The notes beneath the pieces are model-generated. The model had not been told where the DNA came from. It saw only the letters and a program-made list of their open reading frames with translations, and made no database searches. The position numbers and the translations under genes are program-made. Shown here piece after piece: positions 1 through 6,656 of a stretch of 46,599 nt of DNA. Source of the stretch: an uncultured Treponema sp. (GTDB lineage: Bacteria > Spirochaetota > Spirochaetia > Treponematales > Treponemataceae); assembly GCA_937892225.1 (NCBI GenBank), contig CALAUH010000082.1, positions 1 through 46,599 on the forward strand, in the 5' to 3' direction. Positions within the stretch are counted from its first letter, which is position 1, and each line of letters starts with the position of its first letter.

Positions 1-89
1 TCAAATCTATAGTTGCTACAATTTTCTGCTTTCTGCTTTCTGCTTTCTGCTTTCTGCTTTCTGCTTTCTGCTTTCTTGTTAACCATCAT
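1..89 (-). CDS. 5' part of a further methyltransferase-locus ORF containing the repeat tract (runs off the window)
   Basis: ATGATG at 89-84 overlaps the end of the upstream ORF; frame MMVNKKAESRKQKAESRKQKAENCSNYRF is open to the edge. Confidence 0.4.
   Translation of the reverse strand, partial: MMVNKKAESRKQKAESRKQKAENCSNYRF
23..76. repeat. Heptamer tandem repeat (TTTCTGC)x7 plus a partial copy, in the methyltransferase locus
   Basis: Seven perfect copies read directly; on the minus strand they translate as KAESRKQ repeats. Confidence 0.95.
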
Positions 90-255
90 ATTCCACCAAA
101 ATATCAGCAATTCCACCAATAGAAGCTGTAATTGTTTTACATAAACCATTGATACTGAAAACAGATCCATCATAACCATCATGCAAACCATAGATGTTAC
201 CTAAATAAATCGAAGTTTTATAATTTACTTCTATTTTTTTACTATTCTGCATCAT
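79..255 (-). CDS. 58-aa C5-MTase variable-region (TRD-like) module, not in the ORF track
   Basis: Manual translation MMQNSKKIEVNYKTSIYLGNIYGLHDGYDGSVFSINGLCKTITASIGGIADILVEYDG*; pattern resembles phage C5-MTase variable-region repeats; overlaps the end of 242-736. Confidence 0.55.
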   Translation of the reverse strand: MMQNSKKIEVNYKTSIYLGNIYGLHDGYDGSVFSINGLCKTITASIGGIADILVEYDG

Positions 256-736
256 TCAAATCCGGTATTTTCTTTTCTATAATTAATTTTTTTATCAAAT
301 TATCAGCACGTTCAGAATTTAAAAAGAATTTATCATCAACTTCTTTTTCTAAAACGTCTGCCATAACAAATTTCAACGGTATATTTTCAGGAAAGTCATA
401 ATTATAATTTCCTAAAATTGACACCATGAAAGTTCTTTCTCTATTTTGTGGAATACCGTAATCTTTAGCGTTTAAGTCTTGATAATAAGATGTATAACCT
501 AAAGAATTAAGAAAATTAATCCATTTCTGAAAATCAGGCATATTTTTTTCTGAATGAACCTGTGTTACATTTTCCATAAGTAAAATCTGTGGAAGTCCAT
601 AAGATGAATCTTTATCAGACAATTCTTTACATTCTTTCAAAAGTCTTGATACTTGCCACAACAATGAAGATCTTGTGTTTGAATCTTTTGACATACCAGC
701 TTGTTTTCCAGCCAATGATAAATCGGTACACGCCAT
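242..736 (-). CDS. C5 cytosine DNA methyltransferase, second fragment (catalytic Cys to motif VIII)
   Basis: CTDLSLAG (motif IV), ENV (VI), LNAKDYGIPQNRER (VIII). Confidence 0.9.
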   Translation of the reverse strand: MACTDLSLAGKQAGMSKDSNTRSSLLWQVSRLLKECKELSDKDSSYGLPQILLMENVTQVHSEKNMPDFQKWINFLNSLGYTSYYQDLNAKDYGIPQNRERTFMVSILGNYNYDFPENIPLKFVMADVLEKEVDDKFFLNSERADNLIKKLIIEKKIPDLNDAE

Positions 737-1033
737 TTACGGAAAAGAATATGTAAGCATATAACAATACTTATCACATTCTTTTACCGATAAATCACCT
801 CCTTTTACATTATTAATATCAATTTCAGGATAATTAGTTTTATGAATTGCGTTATAAACTGAAATAGCATATTTATCAAATTCACAAACAAAATGAGTAG
901 TAACATCTGCTCCAATTCTTTTTAATGCCTGAATTTGTGTTCCCATACCAGCAAATAATTCAATTAATCTTATAGGTTTATTAATTGAAATATCTGGATA
1001 ATCGTCATCAAATAAACTACTTTGTAATTTCAT
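737..1033 (-). CDS. C5 cytosine DNA methyltransferase, N-terminal fragment
   Basis: ELFAGMG (motif I), CEFDKYA (II), DI (III); ends TYSFP* immediately before the catalytic Cys. Confidence 0.9.
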   Translation of the reverse strand: MKLQSSLFDDDYPDISINKPIRLIELFAGMGTQIQALKRIGADVTTHFVCEFDKYAISVYNAIHKTNYPEIDINNVKGGDLSVKECDKYCYMLTYSFP

Positions 1034-1034
1034 A

Positions 1035-1253
1035 TTATTTCAAACTCCATACAGTATTTAATACATCTTTAACAATCTGCATCGGTGAATCACCTTTGAC
1101 ATTTATTTTAATAATTCCACCGCCTGAAATGTAAATAGTAATTTCTTCTAAATCACCATGTCCGCTTGTACCAGTAAGAACGTTAAGAATAGAATCGTCT
1201 ACAGTCATTAAAAGTTCTTTTATTTTTTCAACAGTTTTATATTTCTGTTCCAA
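1035..1253 (-). CDS. Hypothetical protein, first gene of the leftward early operon
   Basis: TTG start preceded by AAGGAG; abuts the MTase gene. Confidence 0.65.
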   Translation of the reverse strand: MEQKYKTVEKIKELLMTVDDSILNVLTGTSGHGDLEEITIYISGGGIIKINVKGDSPMQIVKDVLNTVWSLK

Positions 1254-1263
1254 AATAACTCCT

Positions 1264-1341
1264 TACAAGATAAATCTTGTACTTAAATAAATTATAAAGA
1301 TAAAATAGTATTTGTCAATTAAAATTCAAGAATTTTCTTGA
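1264..1341. promoter_or_regulatory. Divergent switch region: two palindromic operators CAAGA-N4-TCTTG and a leftward sigma70-type promoter
   Basis: TACAAGATAAATCTTGTA 1264-1281; TCAAGAATTTTCTTGA 1326-1341; minus-strand TTGACA (1318-1313)-16 nt-TATAAT. Confidence 0.7.
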
Positions 1342-1387
1342 TATTTTTAACAAAATTGTCGATAATTTCTTTGGTAGGTGGTATGAA

Positions 1388-1729
1388 ATGATAAATATTA
1401 ATGGTAAAGACATTGTTAACAGAATTGAAAACTTACTTAAACTCAGAAAAGAATCAAGGGATGAACTTGCAACTGTTATTGGCAAAAATAAACAGGTTTT
1501 CACAGATTGGAAAACTCGCAATATTATTCCTACAGCAAAAGATTTATTTTTGATGGCAAAACACTTAGGTACAACTTATGATTATTTATTATTAGGTGAA
1601 CATGACGTTATGCCTGATGATATTGCTGCAATTTTTTCAAAATTAATGCTTCTTAATGAAGAAGAAAGAAAACCTATTATAGTATCAATAAATTCTCAAA
1701 TAGATTATTATTTATCACTTAAAAAATAA
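1388..1729 (+). CDS. XRE/CI-like HTH repressor
   Basis: HTH pattern ELATVIGKNKQVFTDWK...LFLMAKHLGTTYDYLLLG; divergent from the early operon. Confidence 0.85.
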   Translation: MININGKDIVNRIENLLKLRKESRDELATVIGKNKQVFTDWKTRNIIPTAKDLFLMAKHLGTTYDYLLLGEHDVMPDDIAAIFSKLMLLNEEERKPIIVSINSQIDYYLSLKK

Positions 1730-1730
1730 T

Positions 1731-1842
1731 TGAAAAAAAAATAATATTGATTTATAATTAAAACAGTTAGTACATATTTTCTTTCATAAGGTGATATAAA
1801 TATATGCCGATGCTTTTATTCAAGTGTCGGCATATTTTTTTT
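1731..1842 (+). promoter_or_regulatory. Promoter-leader-intrinsic terminator upstream of the lysis cassette
   Basis: TTGAAA-16-TATAAT (1731-1758); 14-bp stem 1802-1815/1822-1835 followed by a T-run; overlapping small hairpin 1790-1808. Confidence 0.7.
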
Positions 1843-1866
1843 AACCTTATAAAAATGAGGTGATAA

Positions 1867-2499
1867 ATGCAGCAAATTGATTTTTCAAAAATTCCTACAA
1901 TTGCATGGATAATTTTTTTATTTATTGCATTATTATTAATATTAGTTGTTATTGCTATTTTAGTTGGTATTTTTTATTTATTAAATAAAAAAAATATTAA
2001 AACAAAAATTTTTGAATTGAATCAACCTATAAAACCAGAGATTAAAGAAAAGTATATAGCCGAAGGTAAAGATTTAATTGATAATCAATCTCAGGTTGCT
2101 AAATTAATGCTAAAAACCGGTAGAATTAAAGTATATGAAGAAGGATTAAAACTTTTTAATATTAAAAATTCAAAAGATAAAATAATACTTGAAATGATAA
2201 CATATCGAATAAACGATAGACTTAATTATGAATTAAAAAATGATTTTACTAGAAATCATATTGTTAATAAAACCAATTACGAACTTGAACAATATGCCGA
2301 TGCAAAAAGTAAAGGTTATTATAGATTAATAACTGAAAAACTTTATATGTTTAATGAAAAATTACCTGAATATAATTTACCTAAAATAATGGATAATATT
2401 CCTTTTGAAGAAGTAAAAAAAATATTTACAGATATATATTTTTCAGCTCGTGGAATTGCTGGAGTAAATGGAGGAAATCAAAATGAACAACACAATTAA
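1867..2499 (+). CDS. Membrane-anchored protein of the lysis cassette
   Basis: GAGGTG RBS; long N-terminal hydrophobic segment followed by a soluble domain. Confidence 0.7.
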   Translation: MQQIDFSKIPTIAWIIFLFIALLLILVVIAILVGIFYLLNKKNIKTKIFELNQPIKPEIKEKYIAEGKDLIDNQSQVAKLMLKTGRIKVYEEGLKLFNIKNSKDKIILEMITYRINDRLNYELKNDFTRNHIVNKTNYELEQYADAKSKGYYRLITEKLYMFNEKLPEYNLPKIMDNIPFEEVKKIFTDIYFSARGIAGVNGGNQNEQHN

Positions 2500-2803
2500 T
2501 TTTAGTGATTTAATTTTGAAAATCTTGTTAGCAAGTTTTTCTACAGTTGGATTAATAGAATGGATTAAAAATTTTATTAAAACTCAAAAAACGTGGATTT
2601 ATTCAATAATTATGCCATTTTTTGCCATTGGATGCTACTTAGCTTGTGAATTTTTACCTATTTATTTAATCGGTTCAATTATTACAGTTGGAGCTGTTCA
2701 AATAAATTATCAGATTATTATTGAAGGTTTTAAAAAATATTTTAACAATAAAATTTCCAGTAATAACAATAAAGAAACAGAAAATAATGAATCAGGAGAG
2801 TAA
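2483..2803 (+). CDS. Putative holin
   Basis: GGAGG RBS before ATG 2483; three hydrophobic segments, GLIEWIK motif, charged C-terminal tail. Confidence 0.65.
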   Translation: MNNTINFSDLILKILLASFSTVGLIEWIKNFIKTQKTWIYSIIMPFFAIGCYLACEFLPIYLIGSIITVGAVQINYQIIIEGFKKYFNNKISSNNNKETENNESGE

Positions 2804-2807
2804 AAAT

Positions 2808-3269
2808 ATGGAAGCACTTTTTTCTAACATTCAAAATTTTTGTGGTGAAGTTCATGAATCTGCCTGTTATTCTTTTTGCCTTTTGAAAGTTGGTGATACT
2901 TATAATAAAGAACATAAGATTAATACAGAAATAAATGTTTTATCAGTTTTACGCCAGGCGTGTGAAAATACATCTAAAAATTCAATCATTTATTTTAATG
3001 ATAAAAACTATAATGATAATGATAACTTTTATGTGCAGCATCCTGATTTACTTTTGACAAAAATTACAGGTAAAAAATGGATTGTTACTAAAAGTTATGA
3101 TTTATCTTATAAACCAAAGAAAAATGAATATGTAATATCTTATTATGAAAGAGTTAAAACAGGTTCAGTTGTAGGGCATTTTGATATTAATAATTTTCCA
3201 ATTACTGATAGCCAGACTAAAAAATATGGCAAATTACACAGTATTCGTATATGTAAGGTGATTGATTAA
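2808..3269 (+). CDS. Putative Cys/His peptidase-like protein in the endolysin position
   Basis: AGGAG RBS before ATG 2808; ACYSFC and GHF motifs; lies between holin-like and spanin-like genes. Confidence 0.45.
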   Translation: MEALFSNIQNFCGEVHESACYSFCLLKVGDTYNKEHKINTEINVLSVLRQACENTSKNSIIYFNDKNYNDNDNFYVQHPDLLLTKITGKKWIVTKSYDLSYKPKKNEYVISYYERVKTGSVVGHFDINNFPITDSQTKKYGKLHSIRICKVID

Positions 3270-3541
3270 TGAATAAAATGACTTTAATTATTTTTATTAT
3301 TATTGTTGTTGTTAGTTTTATAATTGGATTTTTTGTTTCAAAACTTTTCTCAAAAAAAGAAACAAAAAAAGATATTGATAAAGAAAAAAAGAAGGTTGAA
3401 GATGAAATTAAAAAAACTGATGCCGATGTTATTATTTCTAACAGTCCTAATCAATCCGATATTCAATCAGGAATCGACAACGAAAAAAAAGACTTTAGAG
3501 AAAGAATTAGGAATAGATTTAAGCAAAAATTACAGCGGTGA
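3269..3541 (+). CDS. Type II membrane coiled-coil protein (i-spanin-like)
   Basis: N-terminal TM segment then a charged helical region; TAATG coupling. Confidence 0.5.
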   Translation: MNKMTLIIFIIIVVVSFIIGFFVSKLFSKKETKKDIDKEKKKVEDEIKKTDADVIISNSPNQSDIQSGIDNEKKDFRERIRNRFKQKLQR

Positions 3542-3785
3542 TGAAGTATTTGAATTATTATCCATTGTAATTGAAGAAGCCGATTCTAGTATTGAATCTG
3601 CATATCAGGAAGGATATAAACAAGCAACTTTAGAATTACAGCCTATAATTGTTGAATTACAATTACAACTTGATGCTAATAAAACAAAATCTTTTGATTT
3701 TAATATAACTCTTTTTTCAATTTCTTTTGGTGTAGGATTAATTACCGGATTAATTCCTTTTACAATTAATTCCATACTGAATTAA
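3402..3785 (+). CDS. Exported protein with C-terminal hydrophobic segment, overlapping the previous gene (spanin-like partner)
   Basis: MKLKKLMPMLLFLTVLINPIF signal-peptide-like start in another frame inside 3269-3541; no lipobox Cys. Confidence 0.45.
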   Translation: MKLKKLMPMLLFLTVLINPIFNQESTTKKKTLEKELGIDLSKNYSGDEVFELLSIVIEEADSSIESAYQEGYKQATLELQPIIVELQLQLDANKTKSFDFNITLFSISFGVGLITGLIPFTINSILN

Positions 3786-4944
3786 TCCTATCTTTATTTT
3801 GTATCAAGCCAGGTAAATTATCTAATACTTTACTTACATCGTAATAATCAGTCATTCTTCCTGATACATGACCTAACATTAATTGTAAGTCTTTATCGCT
3901 AATTTCTCGCCTCATTATTGTATTATACGTAAATCTTAATGAATGAATTGTAATATTACGCTTATCACAGTCTATGCCATTTTGTTTTAATACAGCCTTA
4001 AAATGATTTAATAAATGAAAAGTTGTAACAGGATTATTTTTTCTTTCAAATACAAACTCATTACTTAATTGTAATTTTTTAAGATATAAAATTAATTCTG
4101 CTGTTTTGGATGGTAAAACAACTAATCGCCATTTTTTATTTTCTTTATCACCTTTTTTAAGATGATCTACCCTTTTATCCTGAGAATCAATCATAGCATT
4201 TATTATTATTACATCATCTTTTATAAATTGATTCCATTGTAAAGCTCTTACTTCTGAACTTCTCATACCAGTAGATAAAATCGTAAATATCATTATTGCA
4301 AAAATTAAATCATCATAATAAGTATTAGCACTTCCTGACAATTTCCATATTTCAACCATTTTATTAATATCATCTGGAAATAATCTTTTTATTTCTGCAA
4401 CTGTAAGAATTCCTTTTTCTTTTGTATCATGTCTTTTATATCGCTGTATATACGGAATTGATTTAATTAAATGATATGAATATAACTCAGTTTCAATTTC
4501 ATTTACAATTGTTAATAAATGATTTTTTACTGAACTACAATATGGTAAACCTGAAATAAAATTATCAAAATCATTACCATCTACTTTATCAACTTCCATT
4601 TCTCCGAATTTATCAAGTAATATTTTTAGATAATGATTTTTTTGGTAAATAGAATCTTCACTCAGGATTTTTCCTTTTGTTTCTAACTTATTCAGAAACG
4701 GTGATCCTTTTTTATAAATATCTTTACAGAATTGATTAAAAGTTATTTTATCCTTTTGGATTAATTCATCATCATTTAAATTTGCTATAAATATTTCTGC
4801 TTCTCTTTTTGTTAGACATGGACCATGTACGCCGCAAGATTTTCTTATTTGTTTACCGGATTTGTCATAATACCAGTAATACCATGCTTTAATTTTTTTT
4901 CCTTTACTCGTTATTGTTCTTTGATACAGATGCTTAATTATCAT
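3766..4944 (-). CDS. int: Tyrosine integrase
   Basis: TGMRSSE, HSLR, LGH and catalytic Y; likely start ATG 4944 after AAAGGA. Confidence 0.92.
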   Translation of the reverse strand: MIIKHLYQRTITSKGKKIKAWYYWYYDKSGKQIRKSCGVHGPCLTKREAEIFIANLNDDELIQKDKITFNQFCKDIYKKGSPFLNKLETKGKILSEDSIYQKNHYLKILLDKFGEMEVDKVDGNDFDNFISGLPYCSSVKNHLLTIVNEIETELYSYHLIKSIPYIQRYKRHDTKEKGILTVAEIKRLFPDDINKMVEIWKLSGSANTYYDDLIFAIMIFTILSTGMRSSEVRALQWNQFIKDDVIIINAMIDSQDKRVDHLKKGDKENKKWRLVVLPSKTAELILYLKKLQLSNEFVFERKNNPVTTFHLLNHFKAVLKQNGIDCDKRNITIHSLRFTYNTIMRREISDKDLQLMLGHVSGRMTDYYDVSKVLDNLPGLIQNKDRINSVWN

Positions 4945-4955
4945 ACATTTCCTTT

Positions 4956-5196
4956 TTATGCACAATTTATGCACACAAATACTCATTTTACGTATAAAAC
5001 ACATATATAGTGTTATTTTAAGTTGTTTTTAACCTAAAATAACACTATATAATCATACTCAATGAGTTGTATAGACATAAATTATATCATTATACCTAGT
5101 TTTAGTGCGTTATAATGACATTTTATACCGTTTTATAAGGTAATTCAAGTTATTTTTAGTTATACATTTTTTATTTTATGCACAATTTTATGCACA
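4956..5196. other. Probable attP region with four arm-type direct repeats TTATGCACA and a 16-bp inverted repeat
   Basis: TTATGCACA at 4956, 4967, 5176, 5188; ATATAGTGTTATTTTA 5005-5020 / TAAAATAACACTATAT 5035-5050; adjacent to the integrase start. Confidence 0.6.
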
Positions 5197-5787
5197 GTGC
5201 CAACGCTTTAATGATTCATTAAGTGTGTACCAGGAAACATTTAATTCTGTAGCAATTGAATTTTTACTTCTGCCATTCATTAGTTCCTGATTGATAAAAT
5301 TTTTATAAGAATCTAATTTATAAACTTTTGATTTTTGCCCTTTTTTTCTACCGATATGTTTACCCGATTTTCTTACCCTTTCAAGTCCACTTTTAGTTCT
5401 TTCAGAAATTAATTGTCTTTCAATTTCTGCTGATAATCCAAAAGCAAAAGCTAAGACTTTAGATTGAATATTATCGCCTAATTCATACCCTTCTTTTATT
5501 GCATAAACTTTTACTTTCTTTTCTAACAGTTCTTGTAAAATATTCAGTATCATAATCATACTTCTACCTAATCTTGAAATTTCAGTAATTATAATTATGT
5601 CATTTTCCTGAACCTGATTTAATAAGTTTCCTAATTGTCTTTGATTGACTGATTTTGTACCGCTTATTGTTTCACTAATCCAATTAATATTATGCAGCCT
5701 TTTTTGTCTACAAAAATTCTTAATTGCCATCATTTGATTTTCTGTTGTTTGTTTGTCTGTACTAACTCTTATATATCCATAAATCAT
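5188..5787 (-). CDS. Serine recombinase (Pin/Gin/Min-type DNA invertase)
   Basis: YGYIRVST catalytic motif, SRLGR, AEIERQLISERTKSGL, C-terminal HTH; GGAGGT RBS before ATG 5787. Confidence 0.92.
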   Translation of the reverse strand: MIYGYIRVSTDKQTTENQMMAIKNFCRQKRLHNINWISETISGTKSVNQRQLGNLLNQVQENDIIIITEISRLGRSMIMILNILQELLEKKVKVYAIKEGYELGDNIQSKVLAFAFGLSAEIERQLISERTKSGLERVRKSGKHIGRKKGQKSKVYKLDSYKNFINQELMNGRSKNSIATELNVSWYTLNESLKRWHCA

Positions 5788-5830
5788 AGTTATTACCTCC
5801 ATTTATATTATAAAATAATTTATAAAAAAA

Positions 5831-6082
5831 ACGAACGGTAAAATTGAACAGAAAGGTTTAGTTGATATAACAACAGATCATACGGTTTATTTACCAATAC
5901 CTTATAAGAATAATAATTATATTATTGATATAACTAAAAGGACAACATCCGGTACATCTGATACTAATTTTTTATATGTTTCAGGAATACCTACTGATAG
6001 AAGTTTTAGCATTATTAGAAGTAATCCTCATAGCACTTATAATGTTCTTAAAGGTTATTATTTATCAACTGAGGGATATTAA
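5831..6082 (+). other. Silent tail-fibre tip cassette 1 (no start codon)
   Basis: Open frame TNGKIEQKGLVDITTDHTVYLPIPYKNNNYII...YYLSTEGY*, homologous to the C-terminus of 6657-9026; begins with GAACGGTAAAATTGAACA. Confidence 0.85.
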
Positions 6083-6088
6083 AATTTT

Positions 6089-6346
6089 ACGAACGCTTTA
6101 ATTAAACAAAATGGAACTTATAATGGAAGTGAGGGTAGAGATATTTCGGCAAATATTTATACACCAGTTCCATTTAATAATGCAAATTATACAATTACTA
6201 TTGCTCCAAGAGTTAAATCTAATTTTGAATCTGTTTCTAATATATGCTGTAGGATTAATGGAGAAAACACTTTTTATGCACGTGTATACGGTTTAAACTC
6301 AGGTGATAATCATAATATTGGTATATATTGGTCCGCTTTTAATTAA
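6089..6346 (+). other. Silent tail-fibre tip cassette 2 (no start codon)
   Basis: Open frame TNALIKQNGTYNG...IYTPVPFNNANYTITI...IYWSAFN*; begins with GAACGCTTTAATTAAACA. Confidence 0.85.
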
Positions 6347-6349
6347 AAT

Positions 6350-6607
6350 TTGAACGGTTTAATTGAACAATATTTTAAACCAACTTTAACAGCAACTCAT
6401 GATATAATAATATATAATGATATATATTTATTTGTACCATTCAATAATAACAATTCTAATTATTATATTACTTTTGCATCATGGGAAGCTTTAGATAATC
6501 CAGATAAATCAGGTATGTTTCAAAATGGTAAACAAGGTAACTATTTTGAATTCAGATATTTGTATACAAAAAATAAAAAAGCTGATATTTTTGTAACAGG
6601 TTATTAA
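6350..6607 (+). other. Silent tail-fibre tip cassette 3
   Basis: NGLIEQ...IYLFVPFNNNNSNYYIT...IFVTGY*; 6352-6370 is a perfect 19-bp inverted copy of 6900-6918. Confidence 0.88.
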
Positions 6608-6614
6608 ATTAAAA

Positions 6615-6651
6615 GTCATCTGTATAAATACTTATATTATATACAGATGAC
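6615..6651. terminator. Hairpin between the convergent stops of the tail fibre and cassette 3
   Basis: GTCATCTGTATA / TATACAGATGAC 12-bp perfect stem. Confidence 0.6.
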
Positions 6652-6656
6652 ATGTT

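Noticed and set aside
737..739. Alternative genetic code explaining the MTase stop
   Set aside because: The stop is TAA, and TAA, TAG and TGA all end other genes normally; long ORFs are intact under the standard bacterial code
4945..5010. Integrase start at 5004 and antisense ORF 4825-5010
   Set aside because: They overlap the arm repeats; the RBS supports ATG 4944
5052..5064. ATTGAGTATGA on the minus strand as an att core matching a guaA 3' end
   Set aside because: The match is short and does not encode the expected terminus; it cannot be supported without a search
6111..6296. 61-aa ORF in the track
   Set aside because: Out of frame with cassette 2 (6089-6346), whose frame is homologous to the fibre tip; no RBS
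5831..6370. Repeats spaced ~260 bp apart as a CRISPR array or DGR template
   Set aside because: The spacers are open reading frames homologous to the fibre tip; no cas or reverse transcriptase gene; divergence is not adenine-specific
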